64,000 nucleotides of DNA from Candidatus Latescibacterota bacterium (GTDB lineage: Bacteria > Latescibacterota > UBA2968 > UBA8231), in contig OZ244561.1 of assembly GCA_965217585.1 (NCBI GenBank), positions 4,672,001 to 4,736,000 of the forward strand, in the 5' to 3' direction. A program made the translations under genes and the position numbers. Position 1 is the first letter of the stretch. Each line of letters starts with the position of its first letter. Shown here piece after piece: positions 56,035-64,000 of this stretch. Under the pieces are notes generated by a model. The model had not been told where the DNA came from, ran no database searches, and saw nothing but the letters and a program-made list of their open reading frames with translations.

Positions 56035-57138
56035 CTAGTCGGCCAACTCGCTGCCCCGGCGGTTGGCGATGGAGCGCGGCGTCAGGTCGAAGAGGGTGTC
56101 GTGCCCGTGGAAGAAGCGGTCGAGTTCGTCGACCATCAGCTCGAAAAAGCGCGGGTAGCTCTGTTCCGTCACGCCGGCGATGTGGGGGGTGACGAAGACG
56201 TTTTCCAAGTGGAGAATCTCCTTGTCGCCATAGGCGTCCTCCGCTCCCACATCCGGGTCGAACACGTCTAAACCGGCGACGATATCGCCCCGCTTGAGCC
56301 GCTTCACCAGCGCCTCCGAATCAACCACTTTACCCCGCGACACATTGACGAACACCGCGCCCGGCTGGATCAGGTCTAGCTCCCGTTGCCCAATCATGCG
56401 CTCGGTGCGCGGGGTGTGCGGGGCTAGGCAGACGATGGCGTCGCACAGGGACATCACGTTGTCCAACGAGGTTTTGAGGAAGCCGACGGCGTCGGCCATC
56501 TCCCGCGCCAGATAGGGATCGCACACCCACACTTCAGTATTGAAGGGGCGCAAAAACTGGATTAGCCGCCGACCAATGTGCCCGCAGCCGATCAGACCGA
56601 CGCGCTTGCCGGTCAGGTCGCCGTGGATAAAGCCAAAGTCGCTGTGCGGACGAGGGCGCACGTCGCCGGCGATGAGGCGGCGGAATTGGGCACCGGCGTT
56701 GCGCAGGGAGATGATGATGAGCGCCAAGGCCCACTCGGACACTGGATACGACGAGCCGTTGGTCGTATCGACCGTACAGACGCCCCGCGCCCAAGCGGCT
56801 TCGACGTCGATGCGGCTGGCAAAGCGGTCGCCTTCTAGTTCGCCGATGATCTTCAGGTCGGGGGCTTGATCCAAGATCGCGGCCTCGACTGTCGGGCAAC
56901 CGTGGCAGACGACTAAGCCGTCGTAGCTACCCAGCCGCTCGCCCAGTGTTCGGGCGATCTCGGGGTCTGCGTTGGTGTCGTAAATGCCGCCGCCTTCGCA
57001 TTCGAACCAGTCCCAGTCGGCGAAGGCTTCAAGGCGTTCGAAATCGGTCGCGGCGAGGTACTGCTCGCGCACGTGCTTGTTACAGGCGATGAGTATTTGG
57101 GGGCGTGCGTTCATGGTTATGGTCTCCGTTGTTAACAT
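56035..57138 (-). CDS. D-isomer specific 2-hydroxyacid dehydrogenase
   Basis: GLIGCGHIG, FVNVSRG, AGLDVF, TPHIAG; start 57138 or 57114. Confidence 0.9.
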   Translation of the reverse strand: MLTTETITMNARPQILIACNKHVREQYLAATDFERLEAFADWDWFECEGGGIYDTNADPEIARTLGERLGSYDGLVVCHGCPTVEAAILDQAPDLKIIGELEGDRFASRIDVEAAWARGVCTVDTTNGSSYPVSEWALALIIISLRNAGAQFRRLIAGDVRPRPHSDFGFIHGDLTGKRVGLIGCGHIGRRLIQFLRPFNTEVWVCDPYLAREMADAVGFLKTSLDNVMSLCDAIVCLAPHTPRTERMIGQRELDLIQPGAVFVNVSRGKVVDSEALVKRLKRGDIVAGLDVFDPDVGAEDAYGDKEILHLENVFVTPHIAGVTEQSYPRFFELMVDELDRFFHGHDTLFDLTPRSIANRRGSELAD

Positions 57139-57150
57139 GATTCAGCGGAG

Positions 57151-57336
57151 TTATCCGCCTATTTCTGGTATGGAGAGTGATAGACGATCCCGAAAGATGA
57201 GATCGATCGCGCTCGCCAGACTTTCCCGAGCCTCTTGCTTTGTGCGGCCTTGGCCGTTGGCTCCCGGCACCTCTGGACAATATGCGATGTGCCATTCGCC
57301 GTCTCGTTCAAAAATAGCCGTGTAGGTATTGCTCAC
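57151..57336 (-). CDS. Orphan HicB-like antitoxin (short form, possibly truncated)
   Basis: AYCPEVPGANGQGRTKQEARESL; RBS AGGAGG; no hicA adjacent. Confidence 0.7.
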   Translation of the reverse strand: MSNTYTAIFERDGEWHIAYCPEVPGANGQGRTKQEARESLASAIDLIFRDRLSLSIPEIGG

Positions 57337-57397
57337 TGTTCGAACCTCCTGTGAGAAGCTGTCTCAAAACCCCTAGCGGTGGGATTTCCTAATATAG

Positions 57398-58639
57398 TTA
57401 CTCCACTTCCACTCGCACTCGGCGTTGGGCCGGGTCAAAGGCGACTAAAGTAGCTCCGTCCTCTAACAGGAAAGTGTCGCTTTTGAAAGAGGCGCGGCTC
57501 GAAGCTCGCGTCAATGGGCGGTCATCTACCCGAACTGAGCGCACCTGCCCATCCGTCAGGCGCAGGGTCAAATCAGGGGTCTGCACCGGCAGGTTGAGGC
57601 GGATGGTGTTGCCCTCTACTGAGATCTCGGCCATTGCGCGGGCGCAGGCATAGGTGGTAATCTGGCTACAGGTGCGCCATTGGGTGCGCTCTCCGCTGGG
57701 ATCGCGCTCGGCGAGACGGCTCACCACTTTTTTGAATGCCTTAAAGCCGCGCCGGTCCGCATCGTGTAGCCCATAAAATCCCTGCCAATGGCTGATGAGT
57801 ACCGCTGGCTCGCCCGCGTCAATGAGGGCCGGTAGGCGGCCGCCCTCCAAGTCGGGCGCGATGTACTTGTCGGGATCAACCTCGCCATACCCGGTCCAAC
57901 TGCCAGTCCAATCGCCAGTGGAGGCAATGATTTCGCCAGTGGCTTGCCCGGCTTGGCGATCGGGGTACCACACGGGGGTGTCCACCGTGGCCTCCCTAGA
58001 GATCCGCTGAAAAAAGTAGGGCACGGGGTTGCCCGTGACTTGGCGCACGGCCTCGCCAGCACAGCGGGCGTAAAAGGGCAAGGTGCGGCCGCCGAAGCCG
58101 CCCGGTGAGGTTACTCCTTGGGGCGTCAGGCCCACAGCGACTAGAATGCGGCACGCTTGGGCGATGTACTCGGTGACCAATTCCTCTTGGTCTTCGGGCA
58201 GCGCGGCCCAATCGTATTGCTCCCATATTCTAGAGGGGAGCGGCTGCAAGGTCTTGGGATCTAGCACGAACGTGTGGGTGAGCATCTCGGGCGTGATGTC
58301 GAAGGCGGGGACGATGACCTCGCGGCACATGGCCAGCCATTCGTCTTGCTGGGCTTTGCTGAAGAGAGGCAGCCCCTCGTCGATGCGTCCTAGAGCCGCC
58401 GGGCAGGGCACCACCGAGAACTTGCCCCGGACGCCGCTTGCTAGGCACCACTCGGCAAATTCGCGGGTAAAGGACGTAGGATGAGCCACCGGCACATCCT
58501 CCCAGCGCTGGGGACGGCCCTCGGCAATAGTGCGATCGCGAAGGAAGAAATAGTTGAGGTTGACCAGCACTGTGGAATCGTCGAAGATGATGGACAAGGG
58601 CACCCGATCGAGGGCGTGGCGGGCGATTTCAGCGAACAG
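57398..58639 (-). CDS. Hypothetical protein (polysaccharide-deacetylase-like); probable CTG start
   Basis: IIFDDS, GKFSVVP, TPEMLTH, GVTSPGGFG, SHW; RBS GGAGG 6 nt before an in-frame CTG at 58639. Confidence 0.75.
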   Translation of the reverse strand: MFAEIARHALDRVPLSIIFDDSTVLVNLNYFFLRDRTIAEGRPQRWEDVPVAHPTSFTREFAEWCLASGVRGKFSVVPCPAALGRIDEGLPLFSKAQQDEWLAMCREVIVPAFDITPEMLTHTFVLDPKTLQPLPSRIWEQYDWAALPEDQEELVTEYIAQACRILVAVGLTPQGVTSPGGFGGRTLPFYARCAGEAVRQVTGNPVPYFFQRISREATVDTPVWYPDRQAGQATGEIIASTGDWTGSWTGYGEVDPDKYIAPDLEGGRLPALIDAGEPAVLISHWQGFYGLHDADRRGFKAFKKVVSRLAERDPSGERTQWRTCSQITTYACARAMAEISVEGNTIRLNLPVQTPDLTLRLTDGQVRSVRVDDRPLTRASSRASFKSDTFLLEDGATLVAFDPAQRRVRVEVE

Positions 58640-58799
58640 GAGCGTCCTCCTTTTTTTATCAATCTGCCGCGACTGAACGGCTGTTTGGCGTCTAATATAC
58701 TATGCTCTCTTGCCGTTACAAAAACTACACCCAATGGGGGACATCCGCCGCGTACCGGCTGGGGTTGACTCCTGATCTGCTAGGCGCGGTCCGAAGAGA

Positions 58800-61460
58800 G
58801 TGCGCCCAGTGACCAATCGTCCGCGCGTCGCCGTGCGCCTCGCCGGTGCGGCCCTGCTGCTCGGTGGCTTGGCCTTCAATCCGCTGGCCCTCGCGCATTT
58901 TTCCCCAGGGCATCCGCTTAGCACCGAGGGTGTCATCGTTCTCCAGATCGCCTTGATTCTTGGCGGCGGTTGGCTCGTTTGGCGATGCCCCCGGCTACCG
59001 CTGGTTCCGATTGTGCTCGTCGCTCTCGCCTTTGGCGCGCTGGCCATTATCGGGGGATACAGTACGGTCCGCTCACTGCAAACGGTGCAGGAACGCAACC
59101 GGCTCTTGGCGACTATTGACCGCAGCGAAGAGGTGCAGCAGCACCTGAGCGGCGAGGCCCTGCCGCTTCTCGCCTTGGGGATGTACCAAGGCCAATTACC
59201 CGCCGCGCCGGCTCGTGCGCTTTTTGCCGCCACGGTCGTTGTCGCGGACGTGGAGCAGACAGCAGAGGCGACCGAAGTCGTCCCGGCGTTGGGCATTAAG
59301 CGCCAGCGCTGGCGGATCGCACCCGCCGCGCAGTTGCGCGGCTCGGACCTCCAGCTATGGGGGCCGCTCTTGGCTGCGGTGCATTCCTGCGACTATGCGG
59401 CCTTCCATATTGAGAGCGGGCATTTCCTCGACGAGGGGGAGGCGATCTATCAAGCCCGCTTGCGCTTTGACGCCTCGGCGCAGACACAAGACGGGGAGCG
59501 CGCGCAAATTCGGGCTTGGCTAATGCTGGATTGGCAGCGACAGGAAGATGCCACTTGGCGGATTCAGCGCTGGGAGACCGAATCGCTGGAGATGCTCACG
59601 CGGGCGCACGCGCTGTTTGCCGAAGTCCTCGACGAGGCACTTCCGCGCGACGAGGCCCGCGCCCGGGCTCGGTTTTCGCGCCACGCCGAACTGGTGCGCC
59701 AGTCGTTTAGCGACTCCGCGTTTGTCGCACCGCATCGCTATTTCACCCGCCAAGCTTTTGACCGCCATCCCGGCATCAGCGTCGTGGATATCGACGCCGA
59801 TGGGTACGACGACCTATACATTGCCGTGCGCCGGGGTAGGAACATGCTGTTGCACAATGGCGGCGACGGCACGTTCACCGAGCGCGCGGCCCAATACGGT
59901 CTCGATGTGGAGCACCACACCGCGGCTGCGCTCTTCGCCGACTTTGACAACGACGGCGACCCGGATGTCTTCCTCGGCCGCACGCTCGCGCCCAGCCGCT
60001 ACTTGGTCAACGAAGACGGGCACTTCGCTTCCCGCGACTTGGGCGATGGCGTCTTGCCGTTTCTCGTGGCCTCGATTTCAGCGGCCGATTACGACGGCGA
60101 TGGCCTGCTCGATGTGTACTTTTCCACGTATGCCGCGCGGATGTTGCTCGAAGCGGTCACCACCGCGTCTCACGCAGGAACGCTGTTGGCCGACTTCCTG
60201 CCTGCGGACCACGCTCGCACACTCTACGACCTGAGCCGCGACCGCATCGGCCACCTCATCCACGATGCGCCCGGGCCGCCCAATGTCCTGCTGCGCAACC
60301 TCGGCAACGGTCGCTTCGCACCCACCGCCGCGGTGTGGCGCAATACGTTACAGGCGACCTGGGCCGACTACGACCGCGACGGCGACCCGGATCTCTACCT
60401 CGCCAACGATTTTGCTGCCAACAACTTGCTCCGCAACGACGGCGGTGCCCTCGTCGATGTCACCGCCGCGAGCGGGGTTGCGGATCCGGGTTTTGGCATG
60501 GGTGCGAGTTGGGCCGATTACGATGGGGATGGCCGCCAAGACCTGTATGTAACCAACATGCACAGCAGCGCCGGTCTCCGCATCACGGCAGCCGCTGGGC
60601 GGGCGGGCGCGGCGTTTGCCCCTTTGGCTCGGGGCAACTCCCTCCTGAGGAACGGCCGCGCAGGCTTCACCCGAGTTGCAGATTCGACCGTGGAGGACGG
60701 CGGCTGGGGCTGGGGCGGCCAATTTTTGGACTTTGACAACGACGGCGACCTCGACATCTACACCCTGAGTGGCTACTACACCCCGCCGGCCGCAGTCGCT
60801 CTTCCCGAAGATACCTGAAGCCTGTTTTGGCGCACGGTCGTGCGCCATGGCCGGACCGATGGGGCGTACAACGTGGGAGCGCGGCTCGACGCTGGGGCCT
60901 CGCTCAGCGGATACCAGCGCAACCGCTTATTCCTCAATGTAGAAGGCCGCGATTTTATTGACCTGTCGGGCCTGTCAGCGGCGGATTCGCCGGCGGATGG
61001 CCGCGCCTTCGCCACCTTGGACTTCGACCGCGATGGCCGCATTGATTTGGCCGTCGTCAATGCCAACGAGCCGTTCTGCGAGTTGTTTGCGAACCGGAGC
61101 AAGGCGGGGCACATCCTCGCGTTGCGCTTTGTGGGAGGTAACGACCGCGACGAGGTCTCGCGCGAGTGGAGCGTGCGCGATGGGTATGGTGTCTCGGTTG
61201 AAGTAGATGTCGGCGGGAGGACGCTGTTGCGCGAGCATCGGGCTGGCGAGGGCTTCTCGGCCCAGAACAGCGCGACCTTGATCGTCGGCTTGGGCGCACA
61301 TCAACGAGCGGATGCCGTGCGCGTGCGTTGGCCTTCGGGACGCACCCAGCGCGCAACTGATGTGGGGGCTGGGGTGCTGTTGACTGTGTACGAAAACTCT
61401 CGGTACTCGCCTACGGGGGCGGCGTTTGTTGTGGTGCCGTACCGCAGCGGAGAGCCGTAA
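58800..61460 (+). CDS. Membrane-anchored CRTAC1/FG-GAP + ASPIC/UnbV protein with in-frame UGA (candidate selenocysteine, U673; 886 aa)
   Basis: ORFs 58800-60818 and 60840-61460 are in the same frame, separated only by TGA; domain continuity; SECIS-like hairpin downstream. Confidence 0.8.
60816..60851 (+). promoter_or_regulatory. Putative bacterial SECIS element
   Basis: TGA, then stem TGGCGCAC / GTGCGCCA (60828-60847) with a GGTC loop starting 17 nt after the codon; possible GCC/GGC lower stem. Confidence 0.75.
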
Positions 61461-61640
61461 AGGCGAGGGTGGGGCGATTGCGTAGCGACCCCATTGGTAG
61501 GATATTGACAGTATGTAACGACGGTGTTGATGAACTGCGACCGGCATCATTCGATCAAGTTGTATAATACTTGAAGGAGATGTTGTGGATGATAGAGTTA
61601 TTACTTGATGTCAGAGATTCACTTATGAAGGCCAGAGAAA

Positions 61641-61976
61641 TTGAGGCTACCCAACGCACAATATGCCCGAGTTCAAAGAGAAAAAATCACAGACTATCTG
61701 CTCTCAACAACTAGTCCCGATAGCCGAAGCAAGGCTGAATTCTTTTTTCGATTCGGCTTTCGCGTGGATCAGTGGCATAGCTTAGCGGACGCATTACGGG
61801 TTCAGGGAACAAGCTATGAAGTGGTCAGTATTGTAGAAACCGGCTACGGTATAAAGTATGTTGTAGATGGATCGCTTGAGACTTCCGATGGGCGCAACCC
61901 ATGTGTTAGGACGGTCTGGCAGATTGACAGAGGAAGCGACTATCCTAGGTTCATTACGGCATATCCGGCTGATTAG
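61641..61976 (+). CDS. DUF6883-like putative toxin
   Basis: KITDYLL, SKAEFF..FGF, YGIKY, RTVWQ, PRFITAYP. Confidence 0.75.
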   Translation: MRLPNAQYARVQREKITDYLLSTTSPDSRSKAEFFFRFGFRVDQWHSLADALRVQGTSYEVVSIVETGYGIKYVVDGSLETSDGRNPCVRTVWQIDRGSDYPRFITAYPAD

Positions 61977-61985
61977 GAGGCAAAT

Positions 61986-62279
61986 ATGTTCAAGGAATTA
62001 GACGCTATCGTGCTTACAACCGAAATTCCGTTCGATCGCATTTGGGATGTCCCACCCGGCAGCCCGCTCATTGAAAACGGCAAGCTGGGAAAAGGGCTGA
62101 AAGCCGGCGACGTCGGCACGATTGTGTATGTGCAGGGCAACGGAGAGGCCTTTGAGGTGGAGTTTCTGAAATCGGATGGCTACACGGTCGCCATTGCCAC
62201 CGTTTTGGCCTCTCAAGCGCGACTGGCAACCAGCGAGGACTGCGCCAACTATCGCTTCTCGATGAAGACTCCTGCCTAA
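61986..62279 (+). CDS. DUF4926-like putative antitoxin/immunity protein
   Basis: MFKELD.IVL, GLKAGDVGTIV, AFEVEF..DG.T.A; RBS AGGAGG. Confidence 0.75.
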   Translation: MFKELDAIVLTTEIPFDRIWDVPPGSPLIENGKLGKGLKAGDVGTIVYVQGNGEAFEVEFLKSDGYTVAIATVLASQARLATSEDCANYRFSMKTPA

Positions 62280-62446
62280 TCGGCATCGCCTTTTTGTACT
62301 GAGACCGATTCCATGCGTCTCACCAACTCTAGGGCACCCAGATAGCAGCCGACCGCGACAGCAAATCCCCAATGTAGGGCGATACTAGCATGGCCACTTG
62401 GTCGCGGCGCAAGGGACTCATGGCGCTAATCGAGGAGGTATAAAAA

Positions 62447-63172
62447 ATGGTTGCGAATGTTGCTCATCGGGGTGCGTCAGGAAACTATCCCGAAAATACG
62501 TTGATCGCCTTTCAGAAGGCGTTAGAAATTGGCGTTGATGAGATTGAGCTAGATCTCCACTTGACAAAGGATGACCATCTAATTGTCATGCACGACTCAA
62601 CCGTAGACCGAACGACAGATGGCACGGGCGCGATTGCAAAACTCACACTAACTGAAATCAAAGCCCTTGACGCCGGAAGAGTGTTTGGTGAACAGTTTCG
62701 GGGTGAGCGTGTGCCAACATGGGAGGAAGCGTTAGACATAGTACAAGGGAAGGTTAGACTCAATGTCCACCTCAAAGAAGGGGGCAATCCAGACGGTCGC
62801 TATGAACGCAAGGTTGCACAGGCATTGCGCGAGTTTCAGATGGTAGAGGCTTCTATTTTGGCATGCAGCGATGAAAGCGTTGAAATTTTTGCCGAGATTG
62901 ACTCGCGGATTGAGTGCCGGATCTTTCGCGCGAATCGCACCCCCGAGGAATATATCCGAAAATCGGTAGAGCTGGGGCTGCGGACGATGCAGCCGGGACG
63001 GGACATCACGACTCGGGAGTTTGTCCAAAAGGCACATGCGGCAGGACGAGCTGTGCACGTCTTCTATGCGGATACCCCTGAAGATATGCGAGCTTACATC
63101 GAGATCGGCGTTGATGGGATTTTGACAAACTATCCGGAACGGCTGAAAGCGATTCTCACAGAAATTGAGTAG
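62447..63172 (+). CDS. Glycerophosphodiester phosphodiesterase family
   Basis: AHRGASGNYPENT, IELD, VMHD..VDRTT, GVDGILTNYP. Confidence 0.92.
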   Translation: MVANVAHRGASGNYPENTLIAFQKALEIGVDEIELDLHLTKDDHLIVMHDSTVDRTTDGTGAIAKLTLTEIKALDAGRVFGEQFRGERVPTWEEALDIVQGKVRLNVHLKEGGNPDGRYERKVAQALREFQMVEASILACSDESVEIFAEIDSRIECRIFRANRTPEEYIRKSVELGLRTMQPGRDITTREFVQKAHAAGRAVHVFYADTPEDMRAYIEIGVDGILTNYPERLKAILTEIE

Positions 63173-63323
63173 AAGAAATATCATGGGGGAGAGGCGAAAT
63201 CTCAAAGATCCCGATCTGTTCCGCTAATTCCATAATCTCTGCGTTATCGTTGCCGATTAAGGGCCGGAGGAGCTGCTCGGACTGTGAGAGGGATAAGTCA
63301 GGTGCGGAGCGGGGGCCGCCTCG

Positions 63324-64000
63324 TCATACCAACTTTTTGAACACAAAAGCTCCCAACTCGTAGCTAATTACGCGATCATCGTCGTCAAACTTAAAGAGGG
63401 CGATTTCTCCGGCTGCACGACCACCGCGAACAAGCCATTCCTCTTCCTTATCTGTCGGTTCGAGGACTGCCGGGGCATGTAGGGAATACGCAGACCCACC
63501 GTGAGCCGCAAGCCGTAGGCTGCCGTCGCGCACCTCAATGTTCACATCAATGCCCGGCTCGGCGCGATAATAACCGACAAAACGCCGCCATGCTTCTGGT
63601 GTTGGTGCAAGCGCTGGCTGCTCTGGTACAAGCGGCATTGCTTCGTCGGCATTCAGGACCATTTCAAGAACTTCCTGTGCAATCTCAAGACCTCCGGGCG
63701 GAGGCCACATGTTGATGAGAACAACCACGCCCGTTTTCCGCGGAACGTTAAACCACACCTGTGTTCCAAAGCCGTGAATCCCGCCACCGTGATTGTGATA
63801 GATATGGTCGCCGATGCGGGTTGCCCGCCAGCCTAGACATTGCCCCGCCGACCAGTCCGGCTCGACGTATTGCGGTTGTTGAATCTCCACCAGTGTTGGG
63901 CCCTTGAGTACCTGTGCCCCACGGCGGTCTCCGCCGTCGGTTTGGAATTGGAACGATACCCACTTTGCCAAGTCGCCGACGGTGGAATGCAGTTGGCCGG
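63324..64000 (-). CDS. Serine hydrolase (class C beta-lactamase family), C-terminal part (runs off window end)
   Basis: GQLHSTVGDLAKW, LGW, HGGGIHGF, GVVVLIN. Confidence 0.85.
   Translation of the reverse strand, partial: GQLHSTVGDLAKWVSFQFQTDGGDRRGAQVLKGPTLVEIQQPQYVEPDWSAGQCLGWRATRIGDHIYHNHGGGIHGFGTQVWFNVPRKTGVVVLINMWPPPGGLEIAQEVLEMVLNADEAMPLVPEQPALAPTPEAWRRFVGYYRAEPGIDVNIEVRDGSLRLAAHGGSAYSLHAPAVLEPTDKEEEWLVRGGRAAGEIALFKFDDDDRVISYELGAFVFKKLV

Noticed and set aside
60816-60818. Genome-wide UGA reassignment (code 4 or 25)
   Set aside because: Many genes (rimO, the sugar transferase, vapC) end correctly at TGA and Trp is encoded by TGG, so readthrough must be site-specific.
58712-61520. Possible inverted repeats (CCAATGGGG / CCCCATTGG and CGTTACA / TGTAACG) flanking the Sec-candidate gene
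   Set aside because: Only 9- and 7-bp matches with unequal spacing, no target duplication and no transposase; may be chance.
1-64000. Numerous 60-400 aa antisense or overlapping ORFs in the track (e.g. 11453-12532, 28369-29616, 52705-53748)
   Set aside because: They are shadows of well-supported genes in GC-rich DNA, Arg/Pro/Ala-rich and without motifs.

Overview
GC-rich bacterial chromosomal segment with about 55 genes. No rRNA, tRNA or CRISPR array was seen. Gene content and a C-terminal SWGQVK motif suggest an FCB-group / Latescibacterota-like organism, but this is inference only. The left part is housekeeping (aroB end, rimO, PTS IIA, sixA, uppP, ackA) plus a small polysaccharide cluster. 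The rest is dominated by catabolic or uncharacterised enzymes (enolase-family dehydratases, HpcH aldolase, nitrilase-family, sialidase-like, PhyH, TIM-barrel and beta-propeller proteins) and three FG-GAP/CRTAC1 proteins. Several small accessory cassettes are interspersed: a decayed AAA+DUF4276-like pair, a two-STAND-ATPase + PtuA/PtuB-like operon, a fused PARIS-like gene, hicAB split by an IS, vapBC, an orphan hicB and a DUF6883/DUF4926-like pair. The top finding is the membrane-anchored CRTAC1/ASPIC-UnbV gene at 58800-61460. It carries a single in-frame UGA followed by a hairpin with a GGUC loop like the fdhF bacterial SECIS, so it is a candidate selenoprotein in a family not known to me to use Sec. 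The second finding is a four-gene operon joining a STAND ATPase pair with TPR repeats to Septu/retron-type ATPase-HNH effectors, with no reverse transcriptase. Family names are from motif recognition and recall, not database searches.
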